64,000 nt of DNA from Rhina ancylostomus. Its lineage: Eukaryota. The notes below the pieces were generated by a model. That model worked only from the letters and a program-made list of their open reading frames with translations. It ran no database searches and was not told the DNA's origin. The translations under genes were made by a program, and so were the position numbers. This document shows positions 23,083 through 34,280 of the stretch, piece by piece; position 1 is the first letter of the stretch, and each line of letters starts with the position of its first letter. The stretch spans positions 4,273,616 to 4,337,615 of the forward strand of contig JARFYF010000057.1 in NCBI GenBank assembly GCA_030265395.1. The letters are read 5' to 3'.

Positions 23083-24078
23083 TGTTGTTATAACTACATA
23101 ACAACACATAATAAAGAACTACAATACTACCAGTATTGGACAATGGTCCGCAATTTGAGCTGTGAATTTGAACCCTTTGCCAATGTTTGGGGGGTTTCGA
23201 CAGACAGCCTCAAGCCCACATCACCCAAAATCTAATGGCTGAACAGAGAGTGCAGTTAAGGTGGTAAAGGGCCTCATGAAGAAAGCACAAGATGGACGAG
23301 AGGATTTCCACAGAAGTCTTAATGATTTACAGAAGTGCGCCACTACAGAACGGCCTTTCACCAGCCCAAATGCTGATGGGTTGATGCATACACACTAACC
23401 TTCCAATACATGAAAACCTGTTGCCAGCTGAAGGAGCACACAGGGTCAAACAGGCTGAAGAGGAAGGGAAAGAAAAACAGAAACAGAATCTTGACAAGAC
23501 AACAAAAAGCCGACCCGTCCTGAAGCCCGGAGATCAAGTGCGAATCAGAGATCATGATTCTGGCACATGGTCCACATTCATACCAGATCCAGACAGAGCG
23601 AGGGACACCTCTGAGGAGGAACTGCATGGATCTACAACCAAAAGCTCCAACCCACGGCTGTGACCTGTCCCCTTTCAGTACACCAAAAGGGCCAGTGTAT
23701 GGAGAAAATGAACATGTGGAGCAGAGGTCCCAGGAAAACATCAATAGTAATGCAGCAAATGAAAACAACGCACCTGTGAAAACAAGTACCAGACCAAAAA
23801 GAACCATTAAACCACCTCAGAGACTGATTGAAAGCTGCTGAGGGGACAAGGGTTCTTTGCAGGTTTATAAGGATTGTGTTTGTTCTTCTTTAAAGGGGAA
23901 AGATGTGGTACTGAGTGTTAATATGTAATTATAATAAAGAACTACAGTTCCCAGTAGGCAATGCAAGTGGTCACATGGGGAAACAGGAAGCGGCTGTAAA
24001 AAGAGAGGGAAAGCAAGCCTCTCTGGTGTTGCTTAATTAATAAAAATGTTCAGATGTTGATGAAGAAGAAGCATAACA
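23083..24078 (+). mobile_element. Internally deleted Gypsy LTR retrotransposon (5' LTR stub, integrase, PPT, 3' LTR)
   Basis: Integrase DNGPQF, SPHHPKSNG.TESAVKVVKGLM, YRSAPLQNGLSPAQMLMG, LKPGDQVRIRD; PPT AAAGGGGAAAGA at 23892-23903; LTR TG...CA at 23904-24078; flanks GGAAG/GGAAT. Confidence 0.9.
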
Positions 24079-25092
24079 GGAATCACACTTCTCAGTGTGA
24101 CTGGGAGTGTGATTGGGAGGAAAGGCTGAATAGGAATTGATGCTCCACACCACCAAACCAATGCTCTCACATCCATCTCATGCTAGCTCTGTGGAAATGC
24201 TGTCACTCAGTCTTTCGGGATCCTCTGGCACACTGGACCATAGACCAGAAGATACTTAATGGTAAACCACCTGCACTTGGCATGTAACAGCTCTGACACA
24301 TTCAAAATTGGTTTAGAGTCTTTTTGAAAACTGAAAATTCACATGTTCTTTACACTCTGGACTATGATTTCACAACAAATAATAAGGAACAAACCCTATA
24401 GATATTCTGCACTTTAAAAGCTGCTGAAAGAGGGCAGTGGAGGAAGAGGGGGTGGGAGTCAAATGCCAGTTTAGTTTGAAACCATGGGGGTAATTTTCTA
24501 ATGTATGTGATGCATATGGCATTGGCAATCTTTCCCTGCATGTTCCAGCATCTTCAAAACAGAACTGCTGATTCAATTAGTGGGAGTAACAAGGAGCAGG
24601 CTTGCCTTTGAGTAGTGTGTGGAAGATGAGGAGGCACAATACAACTCCTATTAGTTGTGGGATATCGTGTCTGTGACAAAAGTTTTCAGGACCTGTGAGG
24701 ATTTGAGACCTCACTTCATTTGTGGTGAAGACCCCCTCCAGCATTTGAGGCACACACTACATTAACTCTGTGCACATGCTTCAACATTGCGGCAGTAATA
24801 TCAATAGTGCACACTGCATACTCATTGACATCTTTGCTGTGGGGCCTGTGGCTTCCATGTACAAGTTTGTCATTGACACAATGGACTGCAGTGGTATTTA
24901 CCAGTGCATNNNNNNNNNNCCCCCCCCACCCCAAACTTCCACGTTTAATGGATTGTATCCAAGTGAGGCTTTGGGGAGATTTCAATATAAATGTTATAAC
25001 TAGCCATATGGCAATAATCACTACAATTAAAGATAACTTACTACACGAAGCACGTAAAGACTAAGAAGTCACCAGACAATCTTACTATTTAG

Positions 25093-25337
25093 AGACACAA
25101 GAGACTGCCTGCCGTTGCTGGTATAGGAGCAACAAACAATCCTTTGGAGGAACTCAGCAGACTGAGCAGCATCTGTTGGGGGAGGAGGGGAAGAAACTAC
25201 AGCGTTTTAGGTCAAAACCCTGCATCAGGAAATCAGGTCTCAACCCAAAACGTCGACAATTCCTCCTCCCACCCAACCCCCAACCACCCACAGATGCGGC
25301 GCGACCTGCTGAGTTCCTCCAGCAGGTTGTTTGTTCA
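25093..25337. mobile_element. Inverted pair of Penelope-derived short repeats (fold-back)
   Basis: AACAAACAATCCTTTGGAGGAACTCAGCAG...GCATCTGT versus ACAGATGC...CTGCTGAGTTCCTCCAGCAGGTTGTTTGTT. Confidence 0.85.
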
Positions 25338-25802
25338 ACCTTATTATTTGGCTCAGCAATCTCTTATTGATTGACACACACTGGAAGGATCAGACGTTGT
25401 TTAAGCAATGACTATTGGCCCCAACACCATGGGCAGGAAGCTCACCATGGGGCAACATACAGGGAATTGTGCAAGGGCATGATCTGTTTGATGATGTAGC
25501 CTCCTTGGCAGAATATCATAGTGACACCTGGAGACAAATCCACATGGCAAGCTTGGGGAATTTGTGATTAGGGCCTCGGGTGGATCTGTGGAAAAATTAA
25601 CGCTGTTACTTGGAGGTTGTGAAAGAAGAAAGAACTTCCTTCAGTAAAACGTGATAGGTTCACCTTTGACAGACTTGTATCAACATTGGTCTTAAGATAG
25701 ATCCACATTATGATCTTCACTTTTACAGAAACAAAGCAAAATGGAGAAAACAAGACATTCTACAGTTAATTAATCTTGAACATTTACACAGTTACAACTT
25801 AC

Positions 25803-26124
25803 GGCTCCTATTTTGCCTTAAACAGCAGGTGCCGGTAATGGAGGATGAGTGGATTACAGCCATTGGAAGTGAAGGGTGTGTGGCTGTTGCTTAGACTGAG
25901 GACCTCTGTACATACTGTACATAGGCGAGATGGCCACATCCTTGCAGTCAGCTTGTTTCCTGCCATTTTCCAAGGACACACAAGCCTTCTTTTGTCAACC
26001 TTCATCACTCCCTCCTCGTCTGCTGTTCCATTGTAACCAATTACACCTCTTGCTCCCTCTAGTGCTTCATTTGTTTCAGTGTCTCTTTTTGCCTGGCACC
26101 ATCATCTTGTTTGCCAGTGTGTAT
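25803..26124 (-). other. Putative internal exon (322 nt) of a minus-strand transcript
   Basis: Acceptor TTGTTTTGTCTCTGGTTTCCATAG| and donor CC|GTAAGT around unique sequence; stops in all three frames. Confidence 0.45.
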
Positions 26125-26809
26125 CTATGGAAACCAGAGACAAAACAAATTGGATTATAGAAATCTGAAACAAAATTAGAAAAGGTGCTGTTAAATCTGC
26201 AGCTGAAAAAGGTTCAGACATTGGCTATTGATAAGCACAAGGACCAGAAACGGTGTACTTACATGTATAGTGGCACAGTAAACAGCTGGGAATATGTAGT
26301 ATAAATCTAGAGGATGTACCACGTATAATTGGGTATGTGTTGTATGTAACATTTACATCTTTGGCTGAACTTGGTTCCCTGCTGGAGTGTAGGATCAGAG
26401 GAAACCTTACATTCTCGTCTGATTCACCAACTCAAAAGTGTGTTGAGGTTGAATGATCCACATTGCGGAAGAGTCCTTTAATACTCTTGTATAAAATTGT
26501 TCTGCAAGCTAATTTAACAAAGTCTTTGATCCTTCTAAGATGCATGTATCCCTGCCTTCATTGCTATGTGGTATAAATTATTCTCACCTGATATCAACTC
26601 AAAGAAACATTTCTCCTGGAGTTGCTGGATATTGATTAAGAGCCAAACCTCTGATTTTTTGATAAAAATCCAGGCCAGGGTGACAGGTTGGTCACTGCAA
26701 TTGGGCCTAATGTCCTTTCTCAGTGAGGCAAGGGGGATGTCCTACGAAACTTCCCAAGTAACTTGTCAAACAAAATGTGATAATCAAATCTTAGAAACAT
26801 ACAGATGCA

Positions 26810-27230
26810 CGGCGAGAAGCTTTGCTGTAAGGATGTGCTTTAATGGGGGTGTAGTGTGGTGGGAGATGTGGAGGAGGGACCAGGGAAAAAGTGGAGAGCA
26901 AGAGAGGCAGTTAAGGAGGGTATTCCAGGCTCAGAGCTGAAGGTGCAAGTGGTGAAGATTATAAGTGGCCGGTTGTAGGGCTCAAGGAATTGGGAGGAGC
27001 AAACTTGGAAACAAGGATTAAAATCTCTGCCAGGTGGGGAACAGGGAAGATGAATGAGCAGAACTTGGTGTGAATTTGCATTCTGACAGAGTTTTGAAAT
27101 GTGTTCGTGTTTACTAAACTGTCCAGAAGAGCAGACTATGAACATTTTGAAGTGACACAGCCATGCCCAAGGATTTCAACAGCAAGAGAGGCAGAGATAG
27201 GACAGACAATGTAACATCTCCAAACCTCTA
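26810..27230 (-). mobile_element. Old L2 3' fragment
   Basis: GAGGGTATTCCAGGCTCAGAGCTGAAGG...AGCCATGCCCAAGGATTTCAACAGC resembles a reversed L2 ORF2 C-terminus. Confidence 0.5.
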
Positions 27231-28472
27231 TCTTACAACATCCCCTTTCAGTCAGATATAACCATATTCAGGCTTGTACACTTGTTTTTTTTGTCTACAT
27301 GTATATGCGAGCATGTACCCTTGCTATTTGGTGTGCGGATGGGCAAATTCATCTAACAACAATTTCTCAGTGTCTATTCAGTAAATCTTGCTCTTCACAT
27401 ATTGACTGCTTTAATGTAGGGTTACTATGACATTAGTTACTTAGCAACAGAGAATGACAACATCAAGAGTTTGGCCTTCTAGCTTGCAAGCTTTAGTCTG
27501 TCTGCACTCTCTGGATGGAGAGTCAACATAGCTCGGTGATGGAACTTAAGATCCTAAACCCAGAATCATATCAAGAGTGGATTGTTTTTCCTGGGCTGTG
27601 CAATAGAATTGGAATCCCTGTTTGCCTCACTCCTCCAGCTTGTTCCCTATACCCAGGTGAACTTCTTTGCCAAGTGGCTGGATTAGCAGTTGTGTCTTAT
27701 TTCCCCTTCCTTTACCAATCCCTCAGCCAGAATGTGCCTGTGCCTCCGCATGTCATGGTCCTGAATCCACTTCTCCAATTGTACTTTGTCAACTCCTGCC
27801 CTAATCATTTCATCCCATTAATCCCCTTGACTGACCTTTGTAGGTGCCCTAGGTTATATATCTAGGTGAGAGGTGATTGCACCCTGGTTTCACAAGGCTG
27901 CAACGTGTGCTGGGAGTGAAGTGTGAACTGTTTGAGGATGAGCCCCTGTAGACCCCCAGCTGTGTGCTGAGAGTATTCATTGATGCTGCCCTCCCTCAAC
28001 CACGCCTCCCACCCAATCCTGTTCCATACCAGCAGATCTAGAAAGGGCAGCAAACAGCAGGAAGCTGAACACATGCCCTATTGATCTCTGCTTGAATTGC
28101 CTCCCACATCAGGCAGTTAATCAAACACTGTTACCTGCTGCTGCCATGCTCATCCAGCACACTGCCATGACAACAGTGCTGTGATTCACACCCAGAATTA
28201 CCTACTCTTTTAACCATCTTAACTCCGTACTGGCAATGAAAAAGTATTAGAAGACCATTAAATTACAGAAGAGAGAGTTCAGAGTTGTGGGGATGATAAC
28301 TATTCCTGATGAAGTGATAGCTCTTGAAACGCTTGAAGTTCATTGTCCAAATTATTTAAAAAATACTTCAGACCCTCTTCTCTTTGCTCCCTCAAATATT
28401 GTTTTCCTAGACACTAAACTTTGCTAAAGTTTTGATTCACAGGAGCTATCCCCAGTATAACTCCTCACTCAT

Positions 28473-28724
28473 GAAGCAGTTCTTAATAACTGTCTGACTT
28501 ATATAAAACATTAAAGCTTGCACAAGCATAAATGGACAATTTGCTTTTAATTGCTCCAGAGACATGAGCTGTCTCCTGCTTCTCTGCATCAGAATCAGAA
28601 TTATTATCACCGACTTAGATGACATGAAACTTGTTGTTTGATAAATAATCACAATATCCAAATCATTCTTCATAGACAGTGACCACTGGGATACACTGTG
28701 GTGAGAGCCTAATGCTGATTTTAA
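28473..28724. repeat. Local direct duplication, copy 1 (~250 bp)
   Basis: Aligns end to end with 29100-29352 with scattered substitutions and small indels. Confidence 0.95.
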
Positions 28725-29099
28725 ACAGGACAGAAGGAGATTTCAGCATAAAATAATTCCATTTTCTTACATGTTCCTCTGTTTCTATGCTTTTCTCATT
28801 AAAAAAAAAATCAGTTGAGCTAGAAGCTGTTGCAGTTTGATGAGGCAGACCATTTCACATTTAAAATTCTCATATCTTCCATCTTCAATCCTTTTTAAAA
28901 AAAATTGGTGACATACAATCCAGAAGAAAACATTCTGTTCACTGTTTAATCCCTTTTTCATTTTCAAAATCTCAATTAAATGTTAGGTAGCTTAATGCAT
29001 ACATTACTGATCCTGTAATCTAGTAGGTGGGAGTTCAGATTGAATTCAATAAATCTGGTAATTATTCTTTGAAAATAAGTTACTAGTTTGCAGGGAGGG

Positions 29100-29352
29100 G
29101 AAGCAGTTCTTAATAACTCTGTCTGAGTTAAATAAAATATTAAAGTTTGCACAAGCATAAATGGATAATTTGCTTTTAATTGCTCTAGAGACATGAGCAG
29201 TCTCCTGCTTCTCTACATCAGAATCAGAATTATTATCACCAACTTAGATGACGTGAAACTTGTTTGATAAATGATCACTATATTCAAATCATTCTTCATA
29301 GACAGTGACCACTGTGGGATACACTGTGGCGAGAGCCTGTTGCTGATTTTAA
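29100..29352. repeat. Local direct duplication, copy 2
   Basis: Aligns with 28473-28724; the ORF track shows the shared peptide MSLEQLKAN.PFMLVQ in both. Confidence 0.95.
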
Positions 29353-30380
29353 TTCTCTCCTCTTCGTTTGCTATGATGGGGATTTTGTATTACTGGCCAC
29401 TCGAGTAGGAAGTCAGAGCCTTGGTTTAAAGAGGCATTTAAATGACAGCACTTCCTCAGCACTGAAGTTTCAGCACAGATGGTACACTAAAGTGGAGTGA
29501 AATCTGAACCCACACTCAGTAAACCAAAAGGCTAGGGGTGTTCCCAATGACTCCATTCTCGCCCATAGAATAACTTGGGAATTCTGCGCAATCTATTGCT
29601 TGCAAAGGCTCCATGTCTGTACTCAAACCTTTGTAACACTGCAGGTCTCAGTGTGCTGGTGTATACCTTCTGTGTATTATACAAATGCAAAGACATCTGG
29701 CATTCTTTCTGGCAGGTTTCCGACCTTCCCCATGTGATCTTTAACCGGTAGCAAAAGGTCAAACTCTTACAGTATTGAAAGAAGACAGGAGACATCAAAA
29801 AGAGGAACATTGGGTCAGTGACAGCCGACAGTACCCATCATTCAACTTCAAATGTTTCTTTCAAAAACTGTTAGGATGACACCAGGTCTGAATAGTGAAA
29901 GCAAATGTATTGAACAATCACTTGCAGAAACAGGCAACCTGTCTGCAGCCCACACTGAGAAATTAGCCAAAACAAAAGATCTCTTGCCCTTGCCAATCAC
30001 TCACCCACTCTCACAAGCTAATTGCCAACCAGTTCAGCACCTGTAAGACCGGGGATTGATTTTTATTGCTGGTCTGAGTCACCATTTGAGCAGGGCATTC
30101 ATTAAAGGGTGTACAAATCTTGCAAATGCAAACTGAATATTTTAGATTGTGATAGATTAGCTTAATGAGATCTCTCAAAATTTCTTACTGATTGTGGTAT
30201 TTTACTGCAAGTGTTTTAAGGTTCTTTACCAAAATCTTGAAGACTACATTCCCCAGTTGGTGCTCCCCAAACTAATTTCAAAGCCTAACTTTAAATAGAA
30301 ACAGTATTCACGACCCTTTTTAAATGGAAGCAGCTCCCAGCCTTATAACCCCAACATCTCCAACCGATGTTGGTCACTAC

Positions 30381-30512
30381 CTGGTCTCCACATTGTTTCA
30401 GGGTGGTCTCACACCTTCCTCCGACGGGCATGCTGTGCCCAAAGTTCCCTCCGGTACTGTGGGGACCGACGTCCTTCACAGAAATAAATGTTCTTCGCGA
30501 TTTGTTCCATCT
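30381..30512 (-). other. Putative exon (132 nt) downstream of the second CpG island
   Basis: Acceptor TTTCCTTTCTCGGTCTGCAG| and donor CAG|GTAGTG; open in phase 0. Confidence 0.5.
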
Positions 30513-30599
30513 CTGCAGACCGAGAAAGGAAAANNNNNNNNNNNNNNNNNNNNNNNNNNNNNNNNNNNNNNNNNNNNNNNNNNAGAGAAAGAGGGGACG

Positions 30600-31640
30600 G
30601 AAGAAATTGAGAGCAAAAAGCGAAAGAAAAGGCAGGGGATCAAGGCCAGCAATGGAGCCATTAGGCAGAGGGGGGCAGAGGTAGCGACAGTGAAAGGGGA
30701 ACCGAATGCCCGCGCCTCGTCACCGAGCACTCGGAGCCACTTGGTGTCGAGGTTGGGTCAGCAGGTGCGCTGCCTGCACCGGGACACTGGCAGAGTCATG
30801 ACCAAGCAATGACTCAAAGAGACATCTCAGCCAGTGCAAACCATACCTGCGAAACGTCAAATAAATGTCATCTGTGCAGCAACGAGACAGAGAGACGGGA
30901 TTGAGTTTTAACTCCTGAAGAGCTGGGCTGCGAAAACCTGCAATTCAACCGCAATGTGGCGGGTTTAAAGAACAGCGCGGGAGCGACCAAGTTTAACTCC
31001 AAGTCCTGCGCTGCTCCAGGGAGGCTCGGCTGCGGCTTGGTGGAAGCGGGAGGGGCGGTAGGACACGGCCCCAGCCCCAGCCCCAGCCCCACGCACCCCG
31101 GATCTGAAACGTTGTGTCCCGATTCGGTTCGCTTCCATATCGGGGTGGGGGTGGGGGAAGGTGGTCAGGGGAGGGTCTCCAGACTGACACCAAGTGCACC
31201 TCATGGTTCCCGTCGGAAATGAGTTCGAACTTACCTTCACTGAGCCCTTATTCGCAGCTTTACATGTCCACAGTCCCACTGCAGCCACATGGGGAGCTTT
31301 GAGTACAAACGCTGCTGTATTACAGGAAAGATGGCAGTCGAGCTGTGCACAGCAAGATCCCACAAACGGAGTCTTTTCCCCACAGCCTCCAAGTTCCACG
31401 GTGCAGAACCTCGAGCACACTCACCGTGTCCCGGGCGGCTCCAGGCTGTTGTGTGCTGTGCTTTCCCGACACTGCAAGGAAGCCACCAGCGTTTCCCTCC
31501 AGCAACATCCCTCCGCAGGCATCTCCGTAGCGAGCCGAGCACGCCGGAGAGCGCATAACACCCCATGCAACCTTCCTTCAGCCAGCTAAAACCTACTTAA
31601 CGACAGACCGGCCCCAGCGAACAGACAAGATCAGAACACT
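30600..31640. promoter_or_regulatory. Second CpG island / promoter with minus-strand 5' exon(s)
   Basis: CpG-rich unique DNA; consensus donors ACG|GTGAGT (31425/31424) and AAG|GTAAGT (31235/31234). Confidence 0.7.
30847..30871 (-). other. Putative 25-nt micro-exon
   Basis: TCTCTCTGTCTCGTTGCTGCACAG|ATGACATTTATTTGACGTTTCGCAG|GTATGG. Confidence 0.35.
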
Positions 31641-32099
31641 AAGCCCGTATTTGTTCCATACATAATCACTTCACATCCAACAAATTACCAGGCGTGATGC
31701 CAATTGCACAAGTTAAATCAGGAGTTATTTCAGGANNNNNNNNNNNNNNNNNNNNNNNNNNNNNNNNNNNNNNNNNNNNNNNNNNNNNNNNNNNNNNNNN
31801 NNNNNNNNNNNNNNNNNNNNNNNNNNNNNNNNNNNATTTCAGGACAGGATTCAGCAAAAATACAAAAAAAAAACCACGAATGAATCTGGTCACAAAATGA
31901 CCTGGATGTTGGGAGGTCACCCTACCCCTCGACAAATAGACCAGACGATTTAATATTCATTCTCACCATTATTGGTGGAAAGGATGCAACTTTGATGGTA
32001 TTCTCTTGGGGTGGGTTTTCTTTTGCAAGATGTCAATCCAAACCTCAAACGTGAAGTGTTTCCAGAGGTTAGCTGATCACCGCATCAGCTCTGCCCCCC

Positions 32100-33365
32100 C
32101 CCCCAGTTAACCTCAGCCCCCCGCTGAAACAGGTCCACAGCTGATGCCATCTCCCTGGCCCTACACTCATCCCTGGAACAACCAGAAAACAAAGACACCG
32201 ACACCAAACTCCTGTTTATTAACTATAGCTCCACCTTCAATATCATAATTCCAAACAAACTTGTCTCGAAATTTCTAGACCCAGGATCTCCCTCTGCAAC
32301 TGGACCCTTGACTTCCTGACTAACAAACCAGAATCAGTAAGAACAAGCAGCAACACTCCTCCATGCTTATCCTCAACACTGGTGCCCTGCAAAACCATGT
32401 CCTCAGCCCCCTATTTTACCCCCTAAACACTCACGACTATGTGGCCAGGTTCTGCTCTAACTCCGTCTACAAGTCTGCAGATGACCCCACTGTAAATGGG
32501 CTGGATCTCAAACAACGATGAGATGGAATACAGGAAGATCAAGGACCTGTTGGCATGGTGTCAAAACAACAATCTTTCCCTCAATGTCAGCAAAACAAAA
32601 GAGTTGGTCACTGACTTCAGGAAGCAAGATGGAGTACATGCTCCTGTATGCACCAAAAGTGCTGAGGTGGATATTGTTGAGAGATTCTAGTTCCTATGTG
32701 TAAATATCACCATTAACTTGTCCTGGTCCAACCACGTAGGTACTCTGACCAAGAAAGTACACCACTTCTTCAGCAGGCTAAGGAAATTTGGCATGTGCCC
32801 ATTGACTCTCACCAATATTTATAGAAAGCATCTTATCTGGATGCATCACAGCTTGGTACGGCAACTGGTCTGCCCGGGACCGCAGGACATTGCAGACAGC
32901 TGTAGACGCAGTTCAGCCCATCACGGAAACCAGCCTCCCCTCCATTGACTGTCTGCACTTCCCACTGCCCTAGGAAAGCAGCCAGCTAATCAAAGACCCT
33001 TCCAATCCTGGGCATTCTCTTTTCCTCCTTTCTATCGGGCAGAAGATACAAAGCGGTTGAAAAGTTGCTCCACCAGGCTCAAGAACAGCTTTTATCCTGC
33101 TACAAGACTCTTGAATGGACCTCTCTTACAAAAAGGTGAACTATTGATCTCTCAATCTACCTCATCATTACCCTTGCACCTTATTTGTCTGCTTAAACTG
33201 CACCTTCTCTATAACAACTGTAACACTATATTCTGCATTCTGTTATTTGCCTTTCCCTTTGTACTACCTTGATGTACTTATGTTTTGGAATGATCTGTAT
33301 GGATGGCATGCAAAACAAAGTTTTTCCACTGTATCTCAGTGCATGTGACAATAATAAACCAATTA
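32100..33365 (+). mobile_element. Rex1/Babar LINE, 5'-truncated
   Basis: NRSTADAISLALH, LLFINYSSTFNIIIP, LNTGALQ, KSADD, WCQNNNLSLNVSKTKELVTDFRK, TRLKNSFYP; tail CACTGTATCTCAGTGCATGTGACAATAATAAA. Confidence 0.95.
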
Positions 33366-33384
33366 CAATTGCAAGATACCACGA

Positions 33385-34280
33385 CTGTGGCCAGTGGGTG
33401 CCACAGGGATCAGTGCTGGAGGCCCAAGTGTTCACAACATGTATCAACAAAGTAGCGTTTCCAAGTCTGCAGAAGTGAAAACGTGAGTAGGGGAGAAGGA
33501 TGCAAAGAGGCCTCAAGGGGACTTGAATAAGGAGGGAACAATTTGGCAGAAGGATCATTGTGGAAAATGAGAGGTTATCTTCCTCATATAACAAAGAAAA
33601 ATGTTGAGTTTTGTTTTAAACAGTGAGAGATTTGGAAATGGTGTTCAAAGTGGGCTGGGGATGTTTGTACATTGAAGGCAGAGGTGTGGGTTCAGCAGAC
33701 AGGAACATGGTACCTTGGCCTTTATTCCAAGGGGATTTGAGTTCGGGAGTAAAGCCGTCTTATTGCAATTGTAAAATACTTTGGCAAAAAAACTCCAGGA
33801 ATATTTTGCATAATTTTGGTCCCCTTAACTGAAAATAACATTTACTTGCTGGACCTGTTCCTGGATGACAGGTCTCTTATGAGAGAGAGAGTAGAAGAGT
33901 CCTCCATTTCCCCAGAGTTTGGAAGAATGAGAGGTGACTTCATTGAGACAGGAGGTTTGACAGGATGGACGCAGGGAGGATGGCTTCCCTGGATGAGGAG
34001 TCCAGAACCAAAAGGGTCCCAGTGTCAAAATAAGGGACAGGTCATTTAGGACTAAAATGAGGAGAAATTTTTTCACTTGAAGGGCAGCGAATCTGTGGAA
34101 ATTTCTACCCCTAGGGGCCTGTGGATCACCGATTGTATTCAAAACAGATGATAGATTTCTGTACAGTTAAGGGGGATAGGACAAAAAAAGACACTGCTTG
34201 AGGTTGAAGGTCAGCTATAACTTGTTGAATCGTGGCGCAGGAATGAGGGTCTGAATGGTTTACTCCTGTTCCTATTATCT
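33385..34280 (+). mobile_element. CR1 3' RT fragment
   Basis: VPQGSVLEAQVFT, EFGRMRGDFIET, FRTKMRRNFFT.RAANLWKFLP, then 3' UTR. Confidence 0.85.

Noticed and set aside
23358-23807. 149-aa hydrophobic minus-strand ORF resembling a membrane protein
   Set aside because: Antisense of the purine-rich Gypsy integrase C-terminus.
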